NCBI GenBank assembly: GCA_963677485.1
Contig: OY781964.1
Coordinates: 3,040,001 to 3,104,000 of the forward strand
Length of the DNA stretch: 64,000 nucleotides
Reading direction: 5' to 3'
Source: Armatimonadota bacterium
Lineage (GTDB): Bacteria; Armatimonadota; HRBIN16
Part shown: piece by piece, positions 20,001 through 30,415 of the stretch
How positions within the stretch are numbered: position 1 is the stretch's first letter
Layout: every line of letters begins with the position of its first letter
Notes under the pieces: model-generated
What the model saw: only the letters and a program-made list of their open reading frames with translations
Database searches by the model: none
What the model was told of the DNA's origin: nothing
Program-made: the position numbers and the translations under genes

Positions 20001-22382
20001 ATGTTTAGGTTATCTGCATCTGTCAATGTGGCGTATTTTACAGCACTCGCACTGCTTACACTAACGATTCCTGTGTTTGCTGCACCACCTACAATATCAT
20101 CATTCACGCCAACTAGAACCGTGGTCAATAGAAATATCACTATCAATGGTACTGGCCTGTCAACAACCGACTCAGTCGCCTTCAACGGCGTGCCGACTCC
20201 CATGGTTACTGTGATTGATGATACTGCGGTATCTGTCAGAGTACCCCAAAACGCAAAGACCGGTAAGATCAGCATCACAACATTATATGGAACAGCCACA
20301 AGCACGATATTACTCGCCATCCTGCCTTTCGAAACAGGTGGAACGATCGAATCCTGGGGCGACTTGACTACAGCTCCTGGTGAGTTAAGTGGGTTCAAAG
20401 CGATATCGGGAGGTAGTAATTTCACTATCGGGATCAAGCAGGATGGTAGTTTGGTCGCGTGGGGCGATAATAACCTTCAGCAATGCACAATTCCTGTGCC
20501 AAATATTGAGTTCAAAGCGGTATCCGCGGGTTATAGTCACTCTCTTGGACTAAAACGTGACGGTTCAGTAGTGGGTTGGGGATTCAACACATTTGATTGT
20601 TATAACATTCCATCACCAAACCAGAACTTTATTGCTGTGGCCGCAGGAAATTCTTTTTCTGTCGGGTTGAAACAAGACGGCACCATCGTCTGTTGGGGTA
20701 ATAACTCTAGTAATGTATCTGTAGCACCGACACCAAACAGCGGCTTTACCGCAATCACAGCAGGTGGTGGTCACAACGCAGCTCTGAAGAACGACGGGTC
20801 AGTTGTTTGCTGGGGGTATAATGGCGACCAGCAGTGCACTGTTCCCTCCCCAAACCAGAATTTCGTGGCGATCTCGGCAGGCTACATACACACCGCCGGG
20901 CTCAAGCGAGACGGTTCCGTGGTGTGCTGGGGAAGTAACACGAAATCTGCATGTAACGTGCCCTCACCAAACCGGGATTTCGTAGCCATCGCTGCAGGCT
21001 ACGCACACACAGCCGGGCTCAAGCGTGATGGCTCTGTTGTCTGCTGGGGATCAAACGAATTCGGACAGTGCACTGTACCTGAACCCAACGTAGACTTCAT
21101 CGCTATCGCTGCAACCAATGGGAGCACCGTCGGTCTCAAGCGCGACGGACGGGTTGTTTGCTGGGGATCGAACGAATATGGACAGTGCAATGTACCTTAC
21201 AGTAGTAATGGATTCATTGAAGCCGATACAGGATACAGGCATGCAGTCGCGTTGACTCTGGACGGTAAAGTCGTTTGTTGGGGGCTGAATGACGCAAACC
21301 AATGCAATATTCCAGAACCTAACTCCGACTTTATCTCAGTAAGCGCCGGGCACTCGAGCACCATTGGATTGAAAGCTGATGGCTCTCTCGTAGCTTGGGG
21401 TATTGTCGACTATCGGGGGTCCGTGCCTACTCCAAATGAAGATTTTATATCTGTATCACAAGGAACATCCTTCTTCACGGCCCTCAAATCTGATGGCTCT
21501 GTAGTATGCTGGGGTCGCAATGATGATAACCAATGCAGTGTTCCCGCTCCTAACACAGGTTTCACTCAGGTCAAAGCGGGTAATTCACACGTCGTCGGAT
21601 TGAAGTCGAATGGCTCTGTGGTGTGCTGGGGAGCAAACTATGGTGGTCGAACAACCGTACCTAGTCCAAACCAGAACTTCGTTGCCATCGCATCCGGCGG
21701 TGGCCATTCCATGGGCCTCAAAAGCGATGGCTCCATAGTCTGCTGGGGATCAAACGACAATGGCCAATGTAATGTTCCGGCACCTAACAAAGACTTTGTG
21801 GGGATCGACGCGGGTAGTAACCATTCAATCGGCGTTAAGAAGGATGGCACTGTTGTCTGCTGGGGTTATTCATATTCGGGACAATGTAGTGTGCCTCGCA
21901 TTAATACGGGATTTATCGCTGTTGGTGGTGGAGGCTTTAACTCGATCGCCATCCGAAGACAGCAAACTGTCACCGGTCAGGTGCAACTGGGTAGCTTCCT
22001 GGCACCGCTGCCTTCGCAGCGGATGACCGCCTGGATCGCCAGCGCGTCAGACCCCACGGCCACGCAGTGCCTCAGCCTGCTGCCAGACGTCAGCGGTAAC
22101 TACACGCTATCCAGCTACCTGCAGCCGCCGTATGACATCCGGGTCAGCAGCCCGCACTTCCTGACGGCCAAAGCGGCCGGTGTGGCTTCAGGCCAAAGCG
22201 CGAACTTCGCGCTTACCAATGGCGATGCCAACGGCGACAACCAGATCAACCTGTTCGACTTCGTGGTGCTGGATACCAAGTTCGGCTCCGCTGATTCCAT
22301 GGCGGATCTGGACGGCGACGGTCAGGTGAATCTATTCGACTATGTGATCATCGACCAACACTTCGGTGCTCAGGGGGAATAA
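20001..22382 (+). CDS. Secreted RCC1/BLIP-II-like beta-propeller protein 1: IPT domain, 14 blades, constant dockerin-like tail
   Basis: Signal peptide, one IPT domain, repeats of AAG..H..GLK.DGSVVCWG.N..GQC.VP.PN..F, tail NGDANGDNQINLFDF...DLDGDGQVNLFDY. Confidence 0.88.
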   Translation: MFRLSASVNVAYFTALALLTLTIPVFAAPPTISSFTPTRTVVNRNITINGTGLSTTDSVAFNGVPTPMVTVIDDTAVSVRVPQNAKTGKISITTLYGTATSTILLAILPFETGGTIESWGDLTTAPGELSGFKAISGGSNFTIGIKQDGSLVAWGDNNLQQCTIPVPNIEFKAVSAGYSHSLGLKRDGSVVGWGFNTFDCYNIPSPNQNFIAVAAGNSFSVGLKQDGTIVCWGNNSSNVSVAPTPNSGFTAITAGGGHNAALKNDGSVVCWGYNGDQQCTVPSPNQNFVAISAGYIHTAGLKRDGSVVCWGSNTKSACNVPSPNRDFVAIAAGYAHTAGLKRDGSVVCWGSNEFGQCTVPEPNVDFIAIAATNGSTVGLKRDGRVVCWGSNEYGQCNVPYSSNGFIEADTGYRHAVALTLDGKVVCWGLNDANQCNIPEPNSDFISVSAGHSSTIGLKADGSLVAWGIVDYRGSVPTPNEDFISVSQGTSFFTALKSDGSVVCWGRNDDNQCSVPAPNTGFTQVKAGNSHVVGLKSNGSVVCWGANYGGRTTVPSPNQNFVAIASGGGHSMGLKSDGSIVCWGSNDNGQCNVPAPNKDFVGIDAGSNHSIGVKKDGTVVCWGYSYSGQCSVPRINTGFIAVGGGGFNSIAIRRQQTVTGQVQLGSFLAPLPSQRMTAWIASASDPTATQCLSLLPDVSGNYTLSSYLQPPYDIRVSSPHFLTAKAAGVASGQSANFALTNGDANGDNQINLFDFVVLDTKFGSADSMADLDGDGQVNLFDYVIIDQHFGAQGE

Positions 22383-22434
22383 GGCGCAAGATGACATGCA
22401 CAGCTTTATCACATCAACGCAAAGGAGTAATCCT

Positions 22435-25380
22435 ATGAAATCAGCACGAATACAGAACAGTAGCATCTACGGGTTTTGTCTACTATGGCTTGTATTATTG
22501 TCATGCGATTTACCCCTCCTCGCGCAATCGGGCACCATTGAAACATGGGGGACACGGCGCATCATACCTGGCGAGTTGAGCGGCTTCACGGCGATTGCCG
22601 CCGGCGATGACCACACACTCGGTTTAAAGGCTGACGGTTCGGTTGTCGGCTGGGGACGCAACGATGTTGGCCAGTGTGATACACCTGTGCCAAACACAGG
22701 CTTCACTTCGATATCCGCGGGCACCAACCGCTCCGCAGGTGTCAAGAGCGACGGCTCAATAGTGTGCTGGGGCGCCAACAACTACTCGCAATCCAGTGTG
22801 CCAGCTCCGAATGCGGACTTTACGGCGGTTTCCGCCGGATGGGGGCACACAGTCGGCCTCAAGAAGAATGGTTCTGTGGTTTGCTGGGGCTATAACTGGG
22901 AAGGCCAATGCGATGTGCCTACGCCTAACAGCAATTTTATAGCTGTGGCTGCTGGACAAAACCACACAGTGGGACTGAAGAGAGACGGCTCCATTGTCTG
23001 TTGGGGTAGTAATGACAGCAAGCAGTGCGATGTGCCTGCGCCTAACTCGGACTTTGTGGCTATCGGAGCAAGCGATGGCTCGGCATCGATGGGTATCAAG
23101 AAAGATGGTTCACTGGTTCTTTTCGGAAACCTCACTCAAGGTCGTAATGTCATACCTGCTCCAAACAGTGGCTTCAAGTCTGTGGGGTTTGGCGGCGACC
23201 ACGCCATAGCATTAAGAAGGGATGGCTCCATCGCATCATGGGGCATCGGTTCATTGGGCCAGTGTAGTACACCTAGTCCTAATCAAGACTTCGTCGCAGT
23301 AGTCGCTGGTGGCACACATACGGCGGCACTAAAAGCGAACGGCACTGTAGTTTGCTATGGAGATAACGCGTACGGACAGTGTAATACTGCCACTAACACC
23401 ATTAATGATCTAGTAGGGGTATCATCAGGTTACAATTTCACAGTCGGATTGAAACGTAATGGATCATTATTAGCCTGGGGACATAATGAAATAGGTCAAT
23501 GTGACTTGCCCGTACTTAACAATGGGTTTATGGCTGTAGCATCAGGGATGGGGTTTAGCTTTGGGCTTAAAAACGATGGCTCATTGTTAAGCTGGGGTGG
23601 TTACCTGTTTGGTGACACCAATATGCCACCCGATAACCACAACTTTACGAAAATCGCAGCAGGTGGCGGCCATGGATTAGGCCTGAAAACTGATGGTTCT
23701 ATATCGACCTGGGGATGGAATGCAGAAGGCCAGTGCAACGTGCCATTACCCAACACGAACTTCAAGGCGCTTGCAGGTGGAGGATACCATTCTGCTGCCG
23801 TCAAGAATGATGGGTCGGTCATCTGCTGGGGTCGAAACCTCGAAGGCCAATGTAATGCGCCATCGCCAAACACTGGTTATACAGCAGTCAGTGCTGGCTT
23901 ATATCACACAGTGGGTATTAAGGAAGATGGCTCTGTGGTTGCTTGGGGGCGTAATGATGACGGTCAGTGCGATGTACCTGAACCCAACCAGGATTTCGTG
24001 GCTGCCGCGGCTGGTTTTTCTCATACCATCGGCCTAAAACGAGACGGATCAATTGTCGGATGGGGTGGTACCTATGCCCACCAACTTGTGGTTCCGGCAC
24101 CAAATAAAGGGTTTATTGCCATTGCTGCAGATGCCTATTACTCTGTAGCCGTACGCAGCGATGGAACTGTGGTGACCATCGGGGGTGAACTACAAAACAC
24201 CACCACGATGCCGAACCGGAGCATTGTCTCCGTATCGGAAGGGGGTACTCACACTTCAACTCTGATGGCAGATGGAACGATCTCCTGCTGGGGCACCAAC
24301 AGCGAGGGACAATGCAATTCGCCCGCAGGCAATGACTTCCTTGCGGTGGCCGCCGGTTATAATCACACCGCTGCTTTAAAGGCTGACGGTGCCATCATAT
24401 GCTGGGGAAACAACGAAGTCGGTCAGTGTGATATCCCTGAGCCGAACTCAGGATTCAAGTCAGTCATCACAGGGGGGTACTACACCGCTGGTCTGAAAAA
24501 CGACGGTTCAGTCGCCTGTTGGGGTAGGATGTCAAGTGTTCCTGAACCGAATGCGAATTTTACCTCAATTGCATCAGGTAACGCACATATAGTAGGGCTG
24601 AAGGCTAACGGCTCAGTCGTCGTCTGGGGCGATTACCTCAATGGTATTGATGTGGTTCCCACTCCCAATCAAGATTTTGTTGCTGTCGCTGGAGGTGGTG
24701 GTTACTCGCTAGGGCTCAAGGCCAACGGTTCGGTGGTCGGTTGGGGAAGCAACTATTATGGACAATGCAATGTCCCCTCGCCCAACCAGGATTTTGTGGC
24801 GATCGCAGCAAGCGATTACTGTTCTGTGGGCATGAAGCGTGATGGCTCGATAATCTGCTGGGGAGATACCAGCAAACTCCAGCCTAACTTCCCATACCCC
24901 AATTCCGGTTTCACAGCCATCGCAGCCGGTGGATGTAAAATCACCGCCATCCGCGGCACGCGGAACATCAGCGGGCAGGTGCAACTCGGCAGCTTCCTGG
25001 CGCCGCTGCCTTCGCAGCGGCTGACGGCTTGGATCGCCAGCGCGTCAGACCCCACGGCTACGCAGTGCCTCAGCCTGCTGCCAGACGCCAGCGGCAACTA
25101 CACGCTCTCCAGCTACCTGCAGCCGCCGTATGACATACGGGTCAGCAGCCCGCACTTCCTGGCGGCGAAAGCAGCCGGTGTGGCCGCAGGCCAGAACGCG
25201 AACTTCGCGCTGACCAACGGCGACGCCGACGGCGATAACCAGATCAACCTGTTCGACTTCGTGGTGCTGGATTCCAAGTTCGGCTCCGCTGATCCCATGG
25301 CCGACTTGGACGGTAGCGGTCAGGTGAACCTGTTCGACTATGTGATCATCGACCAGCACTTCGGTGCCCAGGGGGAGTGA
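22435..25380 (+). CDS. Secreted RCC1-like propeller protein 2: 21 blades plus tail
   Basis: AAGGAG RBS then ATG 22435; signal peptide; 21 WG-type strands counted by hand. Confidence 0.88.
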   Translation: MKSARIQNSSIYGFCLLWLVLLSCDLPLLAQSGTIETWGTRRIIPGELSGFTAIAAGDDHTLGLKADGSVVGWGRNDVGQCDTPVPNTGFTSISAGTNRSAGVKSDGSIVCWGANNYSQSSVPAPNADFTAVSAGWGHTVGLKKNGSVVCWGYNWEGQCDVPTPNSNFIAVAAGQNHTVGLKRDGSIVCWGSNDSKQCDVPAPNSDFVAIGASDGSASMGIKKDGSLVLFGNLTQGRNVIPAPNSGFKSVGFGGDHAIALRRDGSIASWGIGSLGQCSTPSPNQDFVAVVAGGTHTAALKANGTVVCYGDNAYGQCNTATNTINDLVGVSSGYNFTVGLKRNGSLLAWGHNEIGQCDLPVLNNGFMAVASGMGFSFGLKNDGSLLSWGGYLFGDTNMPPDNHNFTKIAAGGGHGLGLKTDGSISTWGWNAEGQCNVPLPNTNFKALAGGGYHSAAVKNDGSVICWGRNLEGQCNAPSPNTGYTAVSAGLYHTVGIKEDGSVVAWGRNDDGQCDVPEPNQDFVAAAAGFSHTIGLKRDGSIVGWGGTYAHQLVVPAPNKGFIAIAADAYYSVAVRSDGTVVTIGGELQNTTTMPNRSIVSVSEGGTHTSTLMADGTISCWGTNSEGQCNSPAGNDFLAVAAGYNHTAALKADGAIICWGNNEVGQCDIPEPNSGFKSVITGGYYTAGLKNDGSVACWGRMSSVPEPNANFTSIASGNAHIVGLKANGSVVVWGDYLNGIDVVPTPNQDFVAVAGGGGYSLGLKANGSVVGWGSNYYGQCNVPSPNQDFVAIAASDYCSVGMKRDGSIICWGDTSKLQPNFPYPNSGFTAIAAGGCKITAIRGTRNISGQVQLGSFLAPLPSQRLTAWIASASDPTATQCLSLLPDASGNYTLSSYLQPPYDIRVSSPHFLAAKAAGVAAGQNANFALTNGDADGDNQINLFDFVVLDSKFGSADPMADLDGSGQVNLFDYVIIDQHFGAQGE

Positions 25381-25460
25381 ACTCCTATGGGTGGTGGGCG
25401 ATCAGCTCACCGCCCGATTACCTGCGACACGGTTCTGTATAAGGGGAATGGTAAGTGAAT

Positions 25461-27566
25461 ATGAAATCATATCTGCGAGCACTCCAAACTGGGTGTTGGA
25501 TACTGTGCCTGTGTGCGTTGATCGGCTGCACGGCCTGCTTTGCGCAAGGAGGGACAGTCGATGCTTGGGGCGGAACCGTTCTGCCTCCTGGTGAGCTTTC
25601 TGGGTTTAGCTCCATTGCGACGTGCGAAACCCGAACAGTCGGGTTAAGACTCGACGGTTCAGTGGTATGCTGGGGAGATAACAGCGGTGGTAAGTGCATG
25701 GTGCCAACACCCAACACAGGCTTCACCGCAGTGACTCCATCCTATGGATTAAAGAGTGACGGTTCAGTGGTAGGCTGGGGGGGTACCTCGAACGGTGTGC
25801 CTACTCCTAACACTGACTTCATTGCCATTGCCGAAAGTAATCATCATACCATCGGGTTGAAACGCAACGGCACTGTAGTTTGCTGGGGTATGAATTATTA
25901 CGGTGAATGTGATGTACCGGCGCCTAACCAAGACTTTATCGCCATCGCAGCGGGGCCAAGTGTATCTATCGGACTTAAAAAGAATGGTTCGATTGTTTGT
26001 TGGGGGTATAAAGGTTTTGGTCAGTGTAGCGTACCAGCACCGAACACCGATTTCATTGCTATAGCTGCGGGTAACTATCACACCGTTGGGTTAAAGAACG
26101 ATGGTTCTGTGGTCTGCTGGGGTAATAACGCTAGCGGACAGTGCACCCTACCTTCACCTAACAGTGGCTTTACGGCTGTATATGCAGATGACTCATACAC
26201 TGTCGGATTGAAGCGTGATGGCAGTCTCGTCAGCTGGGGAGACAACAGTAGTGGCCAATGCAATACCCCTGAGCCAAACAAAGACTTTATTGCCGTTGCC
26301 GCCGGCGGAACTCATACCGTCGCGGTGAAGCGTGATGGCTCGGTGTTGGGTTGGGGCAGTAATATCTACGGTCAACTCTATATGGATAGGCCTAACAAAG
26401 ACTTCATTGCGATCTCCTCAGGCGGTCTACACACCGCAGCACTAAAGGGGGATGGTTCCGTAGTCTGCTGGGGGAGCAACGATTACGGTCAAAGCACAGT
26501 CCCTGCTCCCAACCAGGATTTCACGGCTGTGGCAGCAGGAGCCCAACACACTATTGGACTCAAGCGAGACGGATCGATTGTCGGCTGGGGTGTAAATCTC
26601 TATGGCATTTGCAATGCTCCGTCTCCAAACCAAGACTTCATTGCTGTGGCCGCAGGGCGAACTCACTCGGCTGGGATAAAGCGTGATGGGTCTATCGTCT
26701 GCTGGGGCAGTGATGACCACAACCAGGCGGTGGTTCCAGAGCCCAACAAAGACTTTGTGGCAGTCGATATCGGTGATTTCCATATCGTTGGGTTGAAGAA
26801 AGACGGTTCGGTTGTCTGCTGGGGCGTAAATGATGATGGACAGTGTACGGTGCCAACCCCAAACCAGAATTTCATCGCTATCGCGGCAGGCCCCACCCGT
26901 ACCGTAGGACTCAAGCGCGATGGATCGATTGCCATATGGGGATCGAACTACATTGATAATCCTAATCCCAACACCGGATTTGTATCGATCGCCGCCGGTA
27001 AATACGACAATGTGGGTATCAAGAGTGATGGATCTATGGTCATCTGGGGAGCCCGGATGTTTAACATGATAGATATACCTAAGCCAAACAGCGGATTTAC
27101 TGCCGTCGATGTCAGCGATTTTGGTATAATCGCCATCCGCCAGGTGCATTCGCTGTCGGGACAGATCCAGCTAAGCAACTTCCGTGGAAACATGGCAACT
27201 CAGCAATTCTTAGCCAAAGTATCCAGCTCCGCGGATGCGAGTATTACTCAATTCCTCAACCTGCGACTGCAGGGGGATGGTAGTTTTTCGCTATCCAGCT
27301 ATTTGCAGCCGCCCTATGATATTCGCATCACTGGTTCGCACTTCCTGGGCATGAAGGCGACGAACGTCGCCTTATCACAGAACCTTGGTCTTGCATTCAC
27401 CAATGGTGACGCAGATGGTAATAATAACATCAACCTGTTCGACTTCGTCGTGCTGGATTCGAAATTCGGCACATCCGATCCGATGGCTGATCTCGACGGC
27501 GACGGCACTGTGAACCTATTTGACTATGTGATTATCGACCAGGGATTTGGTGCTCAAGGTGAATAA
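25461..27566 (+). CDS. Secreted RCC1-like propeller protein 3: 14 blades plus a divergent tail
   Basis: Signal peptide ending CFA-Q; the tail is homologous to the other five but clearly diverged. Confidence 0.88.
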   Translation: MKSYLRALQTGCWILCLCALIGCTACFAQGGTVDAWGGTVLPPGELSGFSSIATCETRTVGLRLDGSVVCWGDNSGGKCMVPTPNTGFTAVTPSYGLKSDGSVVGWGGTSNGVPTPNTDFIAIAESNHHTIGLKRNGTVVCWGMNYYGECDVPAPNQDFIAIAAGPSVSIGLKKNGSIVCWGYKGFGQCSVPAPNTDFIAIAAGNYHTVGLKNDGSVVCWGNNASGQCTLPSPNSGFTAVYADDSYTVGLKRDGSLVSWGDNSSGQCNTPEPNKDFIAVAAGGTHTVAVKRDGSVLGWGSNIYGQLYMDRPNKDFIAISSGGLHTAALKGDGSVVCWGSNDYGQSTVPAPNQDFTAVAAGAQHTIGLKRDGSIVGWGVNLYGICNAPSPNQDFIAVAAGRTHSAGIKRDGSIVCWGSDDHNQAVVPEPNKDFVAVDIGDFHIVGLKKDGSVVCWGVNDDGQCTVPTPNQNFIAIAAGPTRTVGLKRDGSIAIWGSNYIDNPNPNTGFVSIAAGKYDNVGIKSDGSMVIWGARMFNMIDIPKPNSGFTAVDVSDFGIIAIRQVHSLSGQIQLSNFRGNMATQQFLAKVSSSADASITQFLNLRLQGDGSFSLSSYLQPPYDIRITGSHFLGMKATNVALSQNLGLAFTNGDADGNNNINLFDFVVLDSKFGTSDPMADLDGDGTVNLFDYVIIDQGFGAQGE

Positions 27567-27579
27567 GGGAGTGAAATCT

Positions 27580-30405
27580 GTGAAATACAGCAAAATAGTG
27601 CAGCGATGCTTGTCACTGGTAATCATGATGGCGACTATGTCCGTATACGCACAAACTGGAACGATCGAAACCTGGGGATCACAGCGTATCGCACCGGGTG
27701 AATTGTCAGGTTTTACCCAAATCTCTGGTGGCGCTCAACATTCTGCGGGGCTGAATGCTGACGGCTCGGTAGTCTGTTGGGGTTACAACGATAACGGGCA
27801 GTGCGATGTACCGGCTCCAAACACAGGGTTCATTTCGGTATCTGCTGCAAGATATCATACTGTCGGATTGAAAAAGGATGGCACGGTGGTCTCCTGGGGA
27901 GCAGACTTCTATGGACTACTCACAACCCCAAGTCCTAACCAGGATTTCGTGGCGATATCGGCCGGCGACACCCATACCGTGGGACTTAAGCGAAATGGAT
28001 CCGTCGTTTGTTGGGGAAATCACGTGGATGGCCGATGCAACATACCGGCTCCTAACAGTAACTTCATCGCCATTGCAGCAGGAGGTCTGCATTCAGCAGG
28101 CTTAAAATCTGATGGATCGATCATCTGCTGGGGTGACAACACTCATGGGCAATGCATCGTGCCTGCACCCAACTCGGACTTCATTGCAGTCGCCACCGGT
28201 TACTTCCACACCGTTGGATTGAAGCGTAATGGCACAGTGGTCTGTTGGGGCATCAACCAGGATGGGCAGTGCAACATACCATCACCTAACCAGGGATTCA
28301 TCGCAATCTCGGCTAGCAATGGCGGCACCACGGCAGTAAGAAGTGATGGTTCGGTGGTATCCTGGGGTTCTGGTGGTGCGTACGTGGGTAACATCTCGGC
28401 GCCAAGTCATGATTTGACCGCTATCTCATCATCATACCTGCATACAATTGGGGTACGGTCAGACGGATCATTATCCTGCTGGGGTAATAACTATTTTGGC
28501 CAAAACAGTGTGCCCGTACCTAATCAAGACTTCATATCCGCTGTTGCTGGTTGGGAACACTCAGTTGGATTGAAACGTGATGGTAGAATTGTGGCTTGGG
28601 GCAATAATAGCAGTGGTCAGTGTAATGTGCCTGCTCCGAACGAAAACTTCACAACCATAGCCGCAGGTCCATTCCACTCAGCAGCTATAAAAATAGACAG
28701 CTCAGTGGTCTCCTGGGGAGATGATAGCTACGGGCAATGTAATGTGCCTACACCCAACCAAGACTTCATCTCGGTTACAGCAGGATATTACCATACCGTA
28801 GGGCTAAAAGGAAATGGCTCCGTCGTCTGCTGGGGCACCAACTTCTATGAGCAGTGCAGCGTTCCGGAACCAAACCAGGATTTCGCAGCCATTTCAACCG
28901 GGATTCTACATTCGGTAGGATTGAAGAAAGATGGCTCAGTGGTTTGTTGGGGCGATAATGGCAAGGGGCAGTGTAGTGTTCCAGCTCCGAATCAGGATTT
29001 TGTAGCTATAACGGCCGGGGGATACTTTACTGCTGGTTTGAAGAAAGATGGTTCGGTAGTCTGCTGGGGGAGTAATGATTTTAATCAGCTCAGTCTGCCT
29101 ACTCCCAACAAAGACTTCATTGCCATCACGGCTACTTACGGTGGGGTAGATGGACTTAGAAGTGACGGTACGGTTGTGTCTTGGGGAGGCACCAGCGGCG
29201 GACAACCACGTGACACAATCCCAAATCACAATTTCGTCGCTATATCCGAAAGTCCTAACCATACGGCGGCATTAACCAGCGATGGATCAGTCATGTGCTG
29301 GGGTGATAATAGTAAAGGGCAGTGTTACATACCCATTCCCAACCAGAGCTTCACTGCCGTTGCTGTCGGGAGTTCCCACACAGCAGGCTTGAAGAGCGAC
29401 GGTACGGTGATTTGCTGGGGAGATAACAGCAAAGGGCAGAGTAGCCTTCCGGTTCCAAACACCAACTTCACGGCCATATCGGCAGCCAACTACAATACCG
29501 CTGGGCTGAAGTCCGACGGTTCGATTTCCTGCTGGGGCGATAACAGCAGTGGACAGTGCAACGTTCCGGCACCTAACACGGGTTATCGCGCGGTGGCCTC
29601 AGGCAACGCCCATACCATCGGTTTGAAGAGCAACGGTACAGTGGTCTGCTGGGGTGACAACAGTTCATTCCAGGCCGCCGTGCCAGAACCCAACCAGGGT
29701 TATATCGCCGTAGCTGCCGGAAGCAGCCATTCGATCGGATTGCGGTCAGACGGTTCAGTTATCTGCTGGGGAAGCAACAACATCGGACAATGTGACGTGC
29801 CATTTCCCAACCAGGACTTCGTGGCGATCGCAGCGGGCGGTAACGGCACGTTGGGGCTGAAACGTGATGGTTCGCTGGTGGCTTGGGGCGATAATAGTAA
29901 AAATCAAAACATCATTCCTAAACCCAACTCTGGGTTCATCGCGATGTCCGCATGTTCAAATCGAGTGTCCGCCATCCGCGGCACGCGAAACATCAGCGGT
30001 CAGGTGCAACTGGGCGGCTTCCTGGCGCCGCTGCCTTCGCAGCGGCTGACGGCCTGGATCGCCAGCGCGTCAGACCCCTCGGCCACGCAGTGCCTCAGCC
30101 TGCTGCCGGATGCCAGCGGCAACTACACGCTCTCAAGCTACCTGCAGCCTCCGTACGACATCAAGGTCAGCAGTCCGCACTTCCTGACGGCCAAATCGGC
30201 TGTTGTGGCCGCAGGCCAGAACGCGAACTTCGCGCTTACCAATGGTGATGCCAACGGCGACAACCAGATCAACCTGTTCGACTTCGTGGTGCTGGACTCC
30301 AAGTTCGGCTCCGCTGATTCGATGGCCGACCTGGATGGTAACGGTCAGGTGAACCTGTTCGACTACGTGATCATCGACCAGCACTTCGGTGCTCAGGGGG
30401 AATAA
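27580..30405 (+). CDS. Secreted RCC1-like propeller protein 4: 20 blades plus tail
   Basis: GTG start after AAGGGAG; signal peptide ending VYA-Q; 20 WG strands. Confidence 0.88.
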   Translation: MKYSKIVQRCLSLVIMMATMSVYAQTGTIETWGSQRIAPGELSGFTQISGGAQHSAGLNADGSVVCWGYNDNGQCDVPAPNTGFISVSAARYHTVGLKKDGTVVSWGADFYGLLTTPSPNQDFVAISAGDTHTVGLKRNGSVVCWGNHVDGRCNIPAPNSNFIAIAAGGLHSAGLKSDGSIICWGDNTHGQCIVPAPNSDFIAVATGYFHTVGLKRNGTVVCWGINQDGQCNIPSPNQGFIAISASNGGTTAVRSDGSVVSWGSGGAYVGNISAPSHDLTAISSSYLHTIGVRSDGSLSCWGNNYFGQNSVPVPNQDFISAVAGWEHSVGLKRDGRIVAWGNNSSGQCNVPAPNENFTTIAAGPFHSAAIKIDSSVVSWGDDSYGQCNVPTPNQDFISVTAGYYHTVGLKGNGSVVCWGTNFYEQCSVPEPNQDFAAISTGILHSVGLKKDGSVVCWGDNGKGQCSVPAPNQDFVAITAGGYFTAGLKKDGSVVCWGSNDFNQLSLPTPNKDFIAITATYGGVDGLRSDGTVVSWGGTSGGQPRDTIPNHNFVAISESPNHTAALTSDGSVMCWGDNSKGQCYIPIPNQSFTAVAVGSSHTAGLKSDGTVICWGDNSKGQSSLPVPNTNFTAISAANYNTAGLKSDGSISCWGDNSSGQCNVPAPNTGYRAVASGNAHTIGLKSNGTVVCWGDNSSFQAAVPEPNQGYIAVAAGSSHSIGLRSDGSVICWGSNNIGQCDVPFPNQDFVAIAAGGNGTLGLKRDGSLVAWGDNSKNQNIIPKPNSGFIAMSACSNRVSAIRGTRNISGQVQLGGFLAPLPSQRLTAWIASASDPSATQCLSLLPDASGNYTLSSYLQPPYDIKVSSPHFLTAKSAVVAAGQNANFALTNGDANGDNQINLFDFVVLDSKFGSADSMADLDGNGQVNLFDYVIIDQHFGAQGE

Positions 30406-30415
30406 GGGATCAACT